A stretch of 32,000 bases of DNA from Candidatus Methylomirabilis oxygeniifera (lineage in GTDB: Bacteria > Methylomirabilota > Methylomirabilia > Methylomirabilales > Methylomirabilaceae), in NCBI GenBank assembly GCA_000091165.1, contig FP565575.1, forward strand, positions 2,130,001 to 2,162,000, given 5' to 3'. Made by a program: the position numbers and the translations under genes. Each line of letters begins with the position of its first letter. Position 1 is the first letter of the stretch. Positions 17,318 through 26,357 of the stretch are shown here, in pieces. Below the pieces are notes generated by a model. The model did no database searches. It was not told the DNA's origin and saw nothing but the letters and a program-made list of their open reading frames with translations.

Positions 17318-19099
17318 TTAAGCCAGCGGTTGGTACTGCAACTCATAGAGTCGGCTGTAGATCCCGCCGTGAGCCAACAGTTCCTGGTGAGTCCCCTCTT
17401 CCCGAATCCGTCCTTTGTGCAGAACAATAATCCGATCCACAAATTGGATGGTCGAGAGACGGTGGGCAATGATCAGGGCGGTCCGCCCCAGCAGCAGCGT
17501 TTTTAAGGCATCCTGGATCAGCAACTCCGTGGCGGTGTCTACCGAACTGGTGGCTTCGTCCAGGATCAGGATCGGTCGGTCAAAAGCCAGGGCCCTGGCA
17601 AAAGAGAGGAGCTGACGTTCGCCTTGAGACAGCGTCGAGCCGCGCTCCTCTACTACGGCGCGGAAGCCCTCCGGCAACCGTTCGATAAAGTCGTGGGCGT
17701 GAACGCGCCGCGCCGCTTCGGCAATCCGTTCCTCAGAGACGGCGGGATCGCCAAGGCTGATATTGCGGGCGATATCTCCGGAAAACAAAAAGACGTCTTG
17801 TAGCACCAGACCTAGCTGTTGCCGTAACGTTCGCTTATCCCATTCCCGCACGTCAATCCCATCAATCCTGATGCTGCCGCGTTCCACATCGTAAAAGCGG
17901 CAGAGCGCCGAGATGATCGAGGTCTTTCCGGCGCCGGTGGCGCCGACTAAGGCCACTTTTTCACCGGGGGCCACCCGAAACGAGATCTCTCTGAGGACCG
18001 GTTCGCCGGCTGTGTAGGAAAGCCAGACGTCTTTGAACTCGATCTCGCCCCGCAGGCGAACGGGATGGGTGGGGACAGCAGGTTCTACCAGCGACTCATG
18101 TACATCCAGCAGTTTGAATACCCGTTCGCTGGACGCCATCGCGGCCTGCAGGATGTTGTACTTTTCCGCCAGGTCCCGGATAGGCGTGAAGAGACGATGT
18201 ACGTACTGGACAAAGGCGACAACGACACCGGGGAGGACCCGCTCGTCGAGGATCATGGCGCCGCCCGCCCAGAGCACCAAGCCGACAGAGATGGCGCTGA
18301 ACAGCTCAATGGATGGAAAGAAGACGGCGTTGTACTGGATACTCTTGAGCAGCGCGTCCCGATGCTGGGTATTGATCTCTTTAAATCGATTGAAGTGACG
18401 CGCTTCCTGACCGAAGGTCTGGACCGTAGCCATCCCGGAGATGCTCTCCTGGAGGTAGGCATTCATCCGGGCCAGAATTCGTCGGCTGTCGCGATAGGTG
18501 TCGCGCGCTCGTTTGCGATAGGCGGTTGTTGCGCGCAGCATGAACGGGAAGGTAATAAATGAGATCAACGCCAGGCGCCAATCCAACGCCAACATGGCCA
18601 CCGCCACCCCCACCAGCGTCAGCAGGTCGCCCAACAGCGCAATGACTCCCGATCCGAATAGCTCGTTCAGAGTCTCTATATCGTTGATGACCCTGGTCAT
18701 CAGTCGGCCGACCGGATTCTTATCAAAGAAGGCGAGGCCCTGTCGTTGCAGGTGAGTAAAGACCTGCGTCCTGAGGTCATGCATGGCCCGTTGGCCGGTA
18801 GACTGCATGGTATAGCTCTGAGCGTACTGGGATACGAATCCGACCAGTACGGTAATCAGGTAGGCCAGGACCGCAACGTTCAGACCGTGCAGGTCGCGCG
18901 CCGCGATGTAGGTATCGATAGCAACCTTGGTAATATACGGCCCGAGCAGTTGCATCCCTGTGGTCAGGAACAGGAGCAGGAGAGAGGCCACTACCCACAA
19001 CCGATATGGCGCGACGTACCTGAGTAATTGCCGTATCAGTCGGCCATCGTAGGCCTTACCCAGCAGTTCCTCATCCTGATGACCCTGCGCTTCCTTCAC
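17318..19099 (-). CDS. ABC exporter half-transporter (TMD-NBD), heterodimer subunit with non-canonical signature
   Basis: 593 aa, ABC membrane domain, Walker A GATGAGKTS, signature LSQGE, Walker B ILILDEATSSVD. Confidence 0.93.
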   Translation of the reverse strand: MKEAQGHQDEELLGKAYDGRLIRQLLRYVAPYRLWVVASLLLLFLTTGMQLLGPYITKVAIDTYIAARDLHGLNVAVLAYLITVLVGFVSQYAQSYTMQSTGQRAMHDLRTQVFTHLQRQGLAFFDKNPVGRLMTRVINDIETLNELFGSGVIALLGDLLTLVGVAVAMLALDWRLALISFITFPFMLRATTAYRKRARDTYRDSRRILARMNAYLQESISGMATVQTFGQEARHFNRFKEINTQHRDALLKSIQYNAVFFPSIELFSAISVGLVLWAGGAMILDERVLPGVVVAFVQYVHRLFTPIRDLAEKYNILQAAMASSERVFKLLDVHESLVEPAVPTHPVRLRGEIEFKDVWLSYTAGEPVLREISFRVAPGEKVALVGATGAGKTSIISALCRFYDVERGSIRIDGIDVREWDKRTLRQQLGLVLQDVFLFSGDIARNISLGDPAVSEERIAEAARRVHAHDFIERLPEGFRAVVEERGSTLSQGERQLLSFARALAFDRPILILDEATSSVDTATELLIQDALKTLLLGRTALIIAHRLSTIQFVDRIIVLHKGRIREEGTHQELLAHGGIYSRLYELQYQPLA

Positions 19100-20817
19100 G
19101 ACCTCGCCCCTCCATTATCGCTCAGGGCATCGAGTTCCCGGGTCAGCAACTGTCGACGATACAGGCGATAGTAGTAACCCCGTAAAGCCAGCAACTCTTC
19201 GTGACTACCCCGCTCCACAATTCGACCGTCCTTCAGGTACACGATCTGATCGGCCTCCATGACCGTCGAGATCCGATGGGAAATCAGGATGGCGGTCCGC
19301 CCGCGCATGAATCCTTTTAACTGCTCAAGGATCCGCTCCTCGGTCTCGATGTCCACGCTGGAGAAGGCATCGTCCAGAATCAGGATGGGCGGATTCTTAA
19401 TGATGGCGCGGGCCAAGGCGGTCCGTTGTTTCTGGCCGCCGGATAGCCTGACCCCCCGTTCACCGAGCAGGGTATCAAACTGATGCGTAAATTCCTGGAT
19501 GCTGGATGTCAGTTGGGCGAGATCGGCGGCCGTCTCCAGATCCTCCGATGTCGCGCCTCCATTACCGAACAGGATGTTATCCCGGATCGTCTCGGAGAAC
19601 AGAAAGATGTCCTGAGAGACAAAGCCGATGGCTTGCTTCAGGGTCTGTAAGGGCAGCTCACACAGCTCGATACCGTCGATAAAGATGGTTCCGGGCGGCG
19701 GCTCGTACAGGCGAGGCAGAAGACTCACCAGCGTGGTCTTGCCGGCGCCGGTCTCGCCGACTACCCCACACCAGGTGCCGGCCGGGATTGTGAGGGTAAT
19801 ACCTTGCAGGGTGAGCGGCGCATCAGGGGTATAGCGGAAGAAGAGATTGCGCAACTCGATCTCGCCGCGCACCTCTGAGACCTGGACGGTCCCAGGCACC
19901 TGATACCCGGCAGCCACCGGCGTATCCAGGATCTCCAGAAGGCGGGCCAGCGCGGCCGAGCCCCGCTGGTAGAGATTGATCACATATCCGATCGCCAGCA
20001 TAGGCCAGGTCAGCATGCCAAGATAGCCGTAGAAACCGACTAGTTCTCCGAGCGACATCGTTCCCATGGCAACCTTTCGCCCCCCGAGCCATAAGACGAT
20101 CGTGGCAGCCAGGCCAGACAGGACGGTCATCACCGGTGTCACATACCCCCAGCGTTTGACCAGATCGAGATTAAGGGCCCGATATTCCCGGCTCAAGTCA
20201 TCGAAATGCCGCTGCTGATTCTCCTCCTGCACATAGGCCTGGACGACGCGGACACCGGCCAGGTTTTCCTGGACAAATGTGCTGAGGGTGCTGAGATGCC
20301 GCTGGACGTCCCGATACCGGTCGAAGATGCGGTTGCCGATGAGGAGCACGAGGATGGTGATGCTGGGCAGGGGCAAAAGGCTCCACAGCGTCAGCCACGG
20401 ATCGATGACCACCATCAGCAGCAGGCTGGTCGCGATCGTGAAGGCGGCATCAATGACGGCCATGACCCCCATTCCCAACATCTCGCGGAAGGAGACCATG
20501 TCGTTAGTCAGCCGCGACATCAGGTCGCCGGTTTTGGTGTGGGTGAAGTAACTGAGCGGCAGGCGCTGCAGGTGAGCGACGATCGCGTTTCTGAAATCCC
20601 ACTCGATGTGCCGCGAGAACCCGAACAGGTGAGTCCGCCAGAAGTAGCGGAAGATGACCTGTACGCCGGCAGCCAGCACAATCAGCGCCGGATACTTCCA
20701 GAGCGTCACCGTCCGTTCCGAACCGGCGAGATAGGTGTCCAGGGCATCCTTGGTCAGCCACGGGATGGCTAGCCCGCCCACGTCGGTCACGATCAGCGCC
20801 GCGAGGCCGATGAACAA
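19096..20817 (-). CDS. ABC exporter half-transporter (TMD-NBD), heterodimer subunit with degenerate Walker B
   Basis: 573 aa, Walker A GETGAGKTT, canonical LSGGQ, Walker B ILILDDAFSSVD (D instead of the catalytic E). 4-bp overlap with the downstream half-transporter. Confidence 0.93.
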   Translation of the reverse strand: MFIGLAALIVTDVGGLAIPWLTKDALDTYLAGSERTVTLWKYPALIVLAAGVQVIFRYFWRTHLFGFSRHIEWDFRNAIVAHLQRLPLSYFTHTKTGDLMSRLTNDMVSFREMLGMGVMAVIDAAFTIATSLLLMVVIDPWLTLWSLLPLPSITILVLLIGNRIFDRYRDVQRHLSTLSTFVQENLAGVRVVQAYVQEENQQRHFDDLSREYRALNLDLVKRWGYVTPVMTVLSGLAATIVLWLGGRKVAMGTMSLGELVGFYGYLGMLTWPMLAIGYVINLYQRGSAALARLLEILDTPVAAGYQVPGTVQVSEVRGEIELRNLFFRYTPDAPLTLQGITLTIPAGTWCGVVGETGAGKTTLVSLLPRLYEPPPGTIFIDGIELCELPLQTLKQAIGFVSQDIFLFSETIRDNILFGNGGATSEDLETAADLAQLTSSIQEFTHQFDTLLGERGVRLSGGQKQRTALARAIIKNPPILILDDAFSSVDIETEERILEQLKGFMRGRTAILISHRISTVMEADQIVYLKDGRIVERGSHEELLALRGYYYRLYRRQLLTRELDALSDNGGARS

Positions 20818-21081
20818 ATAGCGCCGCTGCCGGTACAGGTACGGCCGTATGCGTCCGAACTTCTCGAAAATCTTACGCCTCCGTATGTAGATGTAAAGGG
20901 ATCAGATCGGTCAATGACATGATTGTACGTCAGTCCACGCCCCTTGCAAAGGGCTTGTCGGGTTTCGGCAATCAAGGAGGGGTATTGCGGTGATGCAGTT
21001 GTAAGGCGGTGGCGGCGCGTGTAGCCTAGTTCGCCATGCTTCCCTTCAAGTCCACAAGAACTCTCGAATTTCGATAATCTG

Positions 21082-21384
21082 TTAGACGCTTTCGATATCC
21101 TCAGGAGCGCTCGGACGTTGCGCTCCATGCCATACGCCGACAATCCAAACCACCTTTCCCTTAGCACGATAGAAAAAACGATACGGCGCCACCACGACTT
21201 CACGTTGAGGAAGCTCTGGAAACTCCTGAATCACCCGGCCTGATTCCGGGAATTGGATCAGTCGAGTTAAGACTGTCTCCGCGCGTCGGCGGAACCGCAA
21301 TGCGGCCTCGGGTTTGTCGCGGCGGATATAGGCGAGAGCGGAAAGAAATTGAGTCCGCGCGGACGGGGTGAAGAGAATTTTCAC
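21082..21384 (-). CDS. ParE/RelE-superfamily toxin
   Basis: MKILFTPSARTQFLSALAYIRRDKPEAALRFRRRAETVLTRLIQFPESGRVIQEFP...REVVVAPYRFFYRAKGKVVWIVGVWHGAQ. Confidence 0.85.
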   Translation of the reverse strand: MKILFTPSARTQFLSALAYIRRDKPEAALRFRRRAETVLTRLIQFPESGRVIQEFPELPQREVVVAPYRFFYRAKGKVVWIVGVWHGAQRPSAPEDIESV

Positions 21385-21387
21385 CGA

Positions 21388-21672
21388 TCACTCTTCTGCT
21401 AATAATCGATCGGCCTCCGCCATCACGGTCTCCAGGTCGTACCCCTTCCCGGCAGCGATCTCCTTGTCCCCTTGTGCGAGAAGGCGAAGAAGCTGCCGAT
21501 CGTGCTCCGCCTTTTCGTAGGCGTCTGTGCTCATCATCACGGCTGCAGCCCGACCGCGTTGAGTGATGATGACCGGCTCTTTCCTGCCCTTGACGCGCTT
21601 GAGTACGCCCGCTGCGTCCTGACGCAGGTCAGTAATCGGAATGATATCCGGCACCTTGCCCATTAGTCTCAC
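21388..21672 (-). CDS. Phd/YefM-family antitoxin
   Basis: DIIPITDLRQDAAGVLKRVKGRKEPVIITQRGRAAAVMMSTDAYEKAEHD, immediately upstream of the toxin. Confidence 0.88.
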   Translation of the reverse strand: MRLMGKVPDIIPITDLRQDAAGVLKRVKGRKEPVIITQRGRAAAVMMSTDAYEKAEHDRQLLRLLAQGDKEIAAGKGYDLETVMAEADRLLAEE

Positions 21673-21679
21673 CTCCTAC

Positions 21680-21697
21680 GATACGTGTAAATGTATC
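21680..21697. promoter_or_regulatory. Palindromic operator candidate upstream of the Phd/ParE operon
   Basis: GATAC-gtgtaaat-GTATC just upstream of the antitoxin start. Confidence 0.4.
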
Positions 21698-21748
21698 ATG
21701 GGTATCCTGTCGCAGCAAGGCGCTCAACAGTTTTTGACAGTTTTTGGA

Positions 21749-22825
21749 TTAATTCCAGACGCCGGGGATGGGGGTATGGCAGGTTGGGCAGGCGCCTGTT
21801 TCGAGGACGTTCTTGAAAATCGTATAGCCGCGGCGCTCGATCAGCAGGGTGCGGCAGGAGGGGCAGTAGGTGTTCTCGTAATGGCCGACACGGCCCGGCA
21901 GATTACCGACATAGACGTAATGCAGCCCGGACTGCTTACCGATCTCGGCTGCCCGGAACAGGGTGGCGGCACCCGTATTGGCATGGTCCAGCATCTTGTA
22001 GTCCTGGTGGAAGGCCGTCACATGCCACGGCAGATCGGCAGAAACGGACGCCAGGAACTCGGCGATCCGGGTCAGCTCTTTGTCGGAATCGTTAAATCCC
22101 GGCACAACGAGCGTCACGATTTCAACCCAGAACCGCTTCTCGACCAGCAGCGTGATCGTATCCAGGACGTTCTGGAGCACCCCGCCCAGCTTCCGGTAAT
22201 TGGCGTTGTTAAACCCCTTCAGGTCCACCTTATACAGGTCCACCCAGGGCTTCAGATAATCGAGTACCTCCGGCGTGCCGTTCCCGTTGCTGATATAGGC
22301 GGTCTTGAAGCCGCGCGCTTTGGCTACGCGGAAGATCTCAACCGCCCACTCGCTGGTGATCAACGGCTCATTGTAGGTGCTGGCGACCATCGGCGCACCA
22401 TACCGCTTCGCCATGTTCATGAGTTCGTCGGCCGTCACCAGCTCTGGTGGACTCACTGCGGCGGGATCGCGCAACGCCTGCGACGTGATCCAGTTCAAGC
22501 AGTACCCGCAGTGGAAGTCGCATCCCAGCATCCCGAAGCTTAAGACAAGCGATCCCGGAAGGGCGTGGAAGAATGGCTTCTTCTCGATCGGATCGACCTG
22601 CAGCGCCCCGACGTAACCAGTCGGAACCTTCAGGACACCCCCCTTGTTGAACCGGACCCGGCAGACCCCCTGGCGTCCTTCCGGAATCAGGCACCGGTGG
22701 CCGCACGCATAGCACCGCACCCGCTGATTGGGGAGCTTCTCGTATAACTCCCCCTCCTTGGTGAGTTGCGTCAACACCTCTGCCAGAGTCATTATGGCCG
22801 GCATGGCAATCCCTTCATGGAGCAA
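21749..22825 (-). CDS. amrS: AmmeMemoRadiSam-type radical SAM enzyme (AmrS-like)
   Basis: C-x-x-x-C-x-x-C SAM motif in GMLGCDFHCGYCLNWITSQ, N-terminal CYACGHRCLIPEGRQGVCRVR, C-terminal CPSCRTLLIERRGY...CPTCHTPIPGVW. The real start may be the internal MPAIMTLAE. Confidence 0.88.
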   Translation of the reverse strand: MLHEGIAMPAIMTLAEVLTQLTKEGELYEKLPNQRVRCYACGHRCLIPEGRQGVCRVRFNKGGVLKVPTGYVGALQVDPIEKKPFFHALPGSLVLSFGMLGCDFHCGYCLNWITSQALRDPAAVSPPELVTADELMNMAKRYGAPMVASTYNEPLITSEWAVEIFRVAKARGFKTAYISNGNGTPEVLDYLKPWVDLYKVDLKGFNNANYRKLGGVLQNVLDTITLLVEKRFWVEIVTLVVPGFNDSDKELTRIAEFLASVSADLPWHVTAFHQDYKMLDHANTGAATLFRAAEIGKQSGLHYVYVGNLPGRVGHYENTYCPSCRTLLIERRGYTIFKNVLETGACPTCHTPIPGVWN

Positions 22826-22999
22826 TCGCTAGGCAACTCAACCTTCAATGACAATATAGCGCTCCGCCAGGCCTCCTACAAGCTGCAGCTCTTCCCGGTT
22901 TATCGCCTGTGGACAAAGAGCCGTTTTTCTGATCGCATCCGAGGATTCATTGACACCTCGGATCGCCTCGTTATAGAGTGCATCTACTTGTGAGCGGGC

Positions 23000-24775
23000 G
23001 TGATAATGATCGATGCCACGGAAGTCGTCGATGATCGTACGGGCGAGACGGTCCTGGAGGTCCCCCTCCGGGGTCGGCTGTTGCTGGACTGCTCCCTGTT
23101 CAACAAGGGAACGGCCTTTTCCGAACAGGAGCGGTGCGACTTCGGCTTGGTCGGCCTGCTGCCGTCCCACGTCAGCACCTTGGAGGGGCAGGCGACGCGG
23201 AGGTATGAGGAGTACCTGAAGAAGACGACGGCGCTGGAGCGTTTTCTCTTCCTCCGCGCCCTGCAGGACCGGAACGAAACGCTTTTTTACCGCCTGCTGC
23301 ACGACCACCTTACCGAAATGCTGCCGATCATCTACACCCCGGAGGTGGGAGAAGTCTGCCAGCGCTACAGCCATATTTACCACCGGTCTCGCGGACTGTT
23401 CATCTCCTACCCACAACGGCACGAGATCGACACCATTCTGGAAAACCGGCCGTATCGCCAGGTTGACGTCATCGTCGTGACTGATGGCGAGCGCATCCTC
23501 GGGCTCGGCGATCAGGGCGTGGGCGGAATCGGCATTTCGGTCGGGAAGTTGGCCCTGTACACCGTGTGCGGCGGGGTGAACCCAGGCCGGACGCTGCCCA
23601 TCGTGCTCGATGTGGGGACGAACAACCCGGAGAGGCTGGCGGACCCGCAGTACATCGGCTGGCAGCATGAACGCGTGCGCGGGCCGGACTACGACGCCTT
23701 CGTGGACGAGTTCGTGCAGGCTGTGCAGCGGCACCTGCCCGGCGTGCTGCTGCAGTGGGAAGACTTTGGAAAGGATCATGCCCGCACGCTACGAGACCGC
23801 TACCGCGACCGGCTTTGCAGTTTCAACGACGACATCCAGGGAACCGCGGCGGTGACCCTCGCAGCCCTGCTGGCAGGGGGGCGGGCCACCGGCTGTCCTC
23901 TGGTCAGCCAGCGCATCGTCATCTTGGGTCCCGGCTCGGCCGGAACAGGCATCAGCGATCTGCTGGTGGCAGCGCTGGTCCATGAAGGGTTATCCGAGGA
24001 TGAGGCCCGATCGCGGCTCTGGCTGGTGGGGCGCCACGGTCTGCTGCACACAGGGATGCGCGATCTCAACCCGGCTCAGCAGCGGTACCGCCAGCCGCTG
24101 GAGCGGCTCGCCGGCTGGGAGCGCGGGCCGGCCGGAGAGATTCCCCTGGCCGAGGTGGTGCGTCGCGTGCGACCGACAGCGCTGATCGGCGTGACCGGCC
24201 AGCCCGGCCTCTTCACCGAAGACGTGATCCGGACCCTGGCCCGGCAGGTTGAGCGCCCCATCCTCATGCCGCTCTCCAACCCGACGGCCCAGTGTGAAGC
24301 TTCGCCGGCAGACCTCGTGGCCTGGTCCGAGGGGAGGGCGCTGGTGGCAACCGGCAGCCCCTTCCCGGATGTCGCGTACCAGGGGCGCACCATCCCGATC
24401 AGCCAGTGTAACAACGCCTACGTCTTCCCCGGATTGGGCCTGGGTGTGATCGCTTCGGGGTCCCGGCGGGTCACGGACGAGATGTTCCTGGCGGCCGCCC
24501 AGGTCCTGAGCGACAGCGTGCCCCCACAGACGGGGCTCGACGCGCCCCTCCTGCCGCCGCTTGCAGAGATCCGCGCCCTCTCGCGTCGCATCGCGCTGGC
24601 CGTCGGACTCGAAGCCCAGCGCCAGGGGCTCGCCCCGCGAACCTCGCTCCAGGAATGGGAGCACCTGCTGGACGCCAGACAGTGGGAGCCGCGTTATCGC
24701 CCCATGCGTCCCCAACGTCGCCCGGCGGACCGACTCGGATTGCATCCGGAGAGCGGTTCGACTGGAGTGGAATAG
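23000..24775 (+). CDS. NAD-dependent malic enzyme (malate dehydrogenase, oxaloacetate-decarboxylating)
   Basis: 591 aa, LNKGTAF-like FNKGTAFSEQER, MLPIIYTPEVGEVCQRYSHIYHRSRGLFISY, VTDGERILGLGDQGVGGIGISVGKLALYTVCGG, FNDDIQGTAAVTLAALL, SNPTAQCEAS. Confidence 0.95.
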   Translation: MIMIDATEVVDDRTGETVLEVPLRGRLLLDCSLFNKGTAFSEQERCDFGLVGLLPSHVSTLEGQATRRYEEYLKKTTALERFLFLRALQDRNETLFYRLLHDHLTEMLPIIYTPEVGEVCQRYSHIYHRSRGLFISYPQRHEIDTILENRPYRQVDVIVVTDGERILGLGDQGVGGIGISVGKLALYTVCGGVNPGRTLPIVLDVGTNNPERLADPQYIGWQHERVRGPDYDAFVDEFVQAVQRHLPGVLLQWEDFGKDHARTLRDRYRDRLCSFNDDIQGTAAVTLAALLAGGRATGCPLVSQRIVILGPGSAGTGISDLLVAALVHEGLSEDEARSRLWLVGRHGLLHTGMRDLNPAQQRYRQPLERLAGWERGPAGEIPLAEVVRRVRPTALIGVTGQPGLFTEDVIRTLARQVERPILMPLSNPTAQCEASPADLVAWSEGRALVATGSPFPDVAYQGRTIPISQCNNAYVFPGLGLGVIASGSRRVTDEMFLAAAQVLSDSVPPQTGLDAPLLPPLAEIRALSRRIALAVGLEAQRQGLAPRTSLQEWEHLLDARQWEPRYRPMRPQRRPADRLGLHPESGSTGVE

Positions 24776-24909
24776 GCTGACACATGTGCAGCGTTTGCCG
24801 TCGTTCGCCTTCATACAAATTTCTTGTTAAGTGTCCGAAAAGGTTATAGAGTTTTGGGCAGCTTCAAGAACGACTGGTCGAGGTAGACTGATCAGCATGC
24901 ATAATAGTT

Positions 24910-25395
24910 ATGTGGACAGAAGTTCGGGTACGTAGCGTGGGACCAAGCGAGATTATCGGGATAGCCGGAATCCTCGTCGCCATCGGCACCTATTTTTCTG
25001 GCGTCAGGCATGGTAGGCGGCAGGAACACGCCAGGTTTGAGCACGACCGCGATCTCGAACGAGAAAGGCGACTCCACGAGCTGGCAGGAAAGGTTGCTGA
25101 CGAATACGTAGGTATGTCCCGTCGCAACTATGACCGGGGGCCACACGCGATGGCTACGCTCGGCCTTGACCAACTCGGCAGCGATGCCCTTATCAGGGAA
25201 GCCATTCACGAGATGTACGTTCGAAGTGGAAGCGACCCGTGGGCTGGCCAGGGCGGCCACGTCGATGATTTGGACCTCGTAGCTTTCTTCCGACACGTTC
25301 GTGAGAAGAAGGTAGACTTCTCCCACACTCAAGTCGAGAAGGTTGCTCAGGAGGTCAGAGCTGCAAGCGGTGCAAAGGGTCGGAAAGCCGTATAA
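24910..25395 (+). CDS. Hypothetical protein with one N-terminal TM and a charged cytosolic domain
   Basis: 161 aa, TM IIGIAGILVAIGTYFSGV followed by RHGRRQEHARFEHDRDLERERRLHELAG. Preferred over the overlapping minus-strand ORF 24892..25332. Confidence 0.6.
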   Translation: MWTEVRVRSVGPSEIIGIAGILVAIGTYFSGVRHGRRQEHARFEHDRDLERERRLHELAGKVADEYVGMSRRNYDRGPHAMATLGLDQLGSDALIREAIHEMYVRSGSDPWAGQGGHVDDLDLVAFFRHVREKKVDFSHTQVEKVAQEVRAASGAKGRKAV

Positions 25396-25493
25396 TTACG
25401 GCGTGCAGCCGACCGTCGGTGCGCCTTCGTTGCGGGCATCGTGCCCTGTGCGATAGTTGCGCGCCGCGGGCGGCTGACGCCGGGCGTTAGGGG
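25393..25493 (+). other. attC-like folded recombination site (candidate, degenerate outer box)
   Basis: Stop codon at TATAATTACGG. CGGCGTGCAGCCG pairs with CGGCTGACGCCG apart from one bulged G. The element ends GCGTTAGG. Confidence 0.45.
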
Positions 25494-25516
25494 TAAGAAA
25501 TGAAAAAGAGAGAGTC

Positions 25517-26008
25517 ATGAAACTGTTAGTCGCAATGATCTTGGTAGCCGTGCTTGGAGGCTGCGCAACCGCTTATCAACCGATGGGTGATACCGGCGGT
25601 TTCTATCACCAGAAAGTTGTAGAAAACGCCTATATCATTGGCTTTAAAGGTAATGGGTTCACAGACTCTCAACGGGCAAATGATTTTGCAAAACTTCGCG
25701 CCGCAGAAATTGGATCTAAGCTCGGCTTCACTCATTTCGTTATCGAAGGGACATTGGATAAATCAGGAACCCAGATGGTGGATATGGGAAGTACCACAAC
25801 CACATCTGGCAACGTCTATGGGTACGGTAATTCGGCATCCTTCTACGGCACAAGCAGAACAACGAGCAATACCATGCCGGTCTTTAAACCGGGAGTAGAA
25901 ATCGGAGTTCTGTATTCCGAAGGAGTCCCAGAAGGAAGGCACCTTGAAGTGTTCGTGATTCAAGATGTTATTAATGAACTTAAAGCCAAATACAAAATCA
26001 CTCCCTAA
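25517..26008 (+). CDS. Small secreted lipoprotein
   Basis: 163 aa, lipobox MKLLVAMILVAVLGGCATAYQP. FTDSQRANDFAKLRAAEIGSKLGFTHFVIE resembles CC0125/CC1285-type lipoproteins. RBS AAAAGAGAG. Confidence 0.85.
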   Translation: MKLLVAMILVAVLGGCATAYQPMGDTGGFYHQKVVENAYIIGFKGNGFTDSQRANDFAKLRAAEIGSKLGFTHFVIEGTLDKSGTQMVDMGSTTTTSGNVYGYGNSASFYGTSRTTSNTMPVFKPGVEIGVLYSEGVPEGRHLEVFVIQDVINELKAKYKITP

Positions 26009-26068
26009 CAACACCATCAACTCGGACGTGCAAAAGCGCCGCTTCGCTCTGCTTTTACACGCCGGTTA
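26004..26068 (+). other. attC-like folded recombination site (candidate)
   Basis: CTAAC...GTTAG outer boxes. CGG/CCG. Stem CGTGCAAAAGC/GCTTTTACACG with a single mismatch. AGCG/CGCT around CCGCTT. The lipoprotein stop codon lies inside the left box. Confidence 0.65.
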
Positions 26069-26079
26069 GCGCAAACGTT

Positions 26080-26187
26080 GAGGCTGTAGAAAAAGTCACA
26101 TGGATGCAAAATCAGTTTTCCTAAGTGCTTGATTTATCCCGGGTAGCATGCCACAAAAAGATGGATTCCGGGGTTTTCTACAGCCTC
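26080..26187. mobile_element. MITE-like 108-bp element with 14-bp perfect terminal inverted repeats
   Basis: GAGGCTGTAGAAAA (26080-26093) and TTTTCTACAGCCTC (26174-26187), flanked by GTT at 26077-26079 and 26188-26190. Confidence 0.55.
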
Positions 26188-26250
26188 GTTGGATGCCATG
26201 CGGGGAGCGGCCGTGTCGTCCGGTGCGTCCCGCGCTCGCGTCGTGCATAG

Positions 26251-26331
26251 TTGATGGCGCAGGCCGAAATGGAGGGCGTGTCGCTTGACACACTTGATGA
26301 CCCTCTTGCCTGTGAGCGACTGGGACCATGA
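26251..26331 (+). pseudogene. Possible C-terminal remnant of a VapC/PIN-domain toxin
   Basis: LMAQAEMEGVSLDTLDDPLACERLGP* resembles the PIN-domain ending '(L)IAQAxxEGLTLVTxDxxFAxYG'. An in-frame TAG immediately precedes it. Confidence 0.35.
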
Positions 26332-26357
26332 TAGAACCGTGAATGACCGATGCCGGG

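Noticed and set aside
20793-21203. 136-aa ORF between the ABC transporter and the TA pair
   Set aside because: Low-quality composition, overlaps both neighbouring genes, and no motif.
21641-23779. Large ORFs 21641..22543 (+) and 22838..23779 (-)
   Set aside because: They are antisense to the AmrS-like gene and the malic enzyme, which carry clear catalytic motifs. The shadow ORFs are explained by codon bias.
24825-24845. GTTAAGT after the malic enzyme as a possible attI or first cassette core site
   Set aside because: Matches GTTRRRY but has no associated fold or second binding site. Likely chance.
24892-25332. Minus-strand 146-aa ORF overlapping the 24910..25395 gene
   Set aside because: The plus-strand frame has a plausible TM segment and charged domain, matches the island's uniform orientation and ends at the attC-like site. 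The minus ORF lacks a recognisable motif. Not fully excluded.
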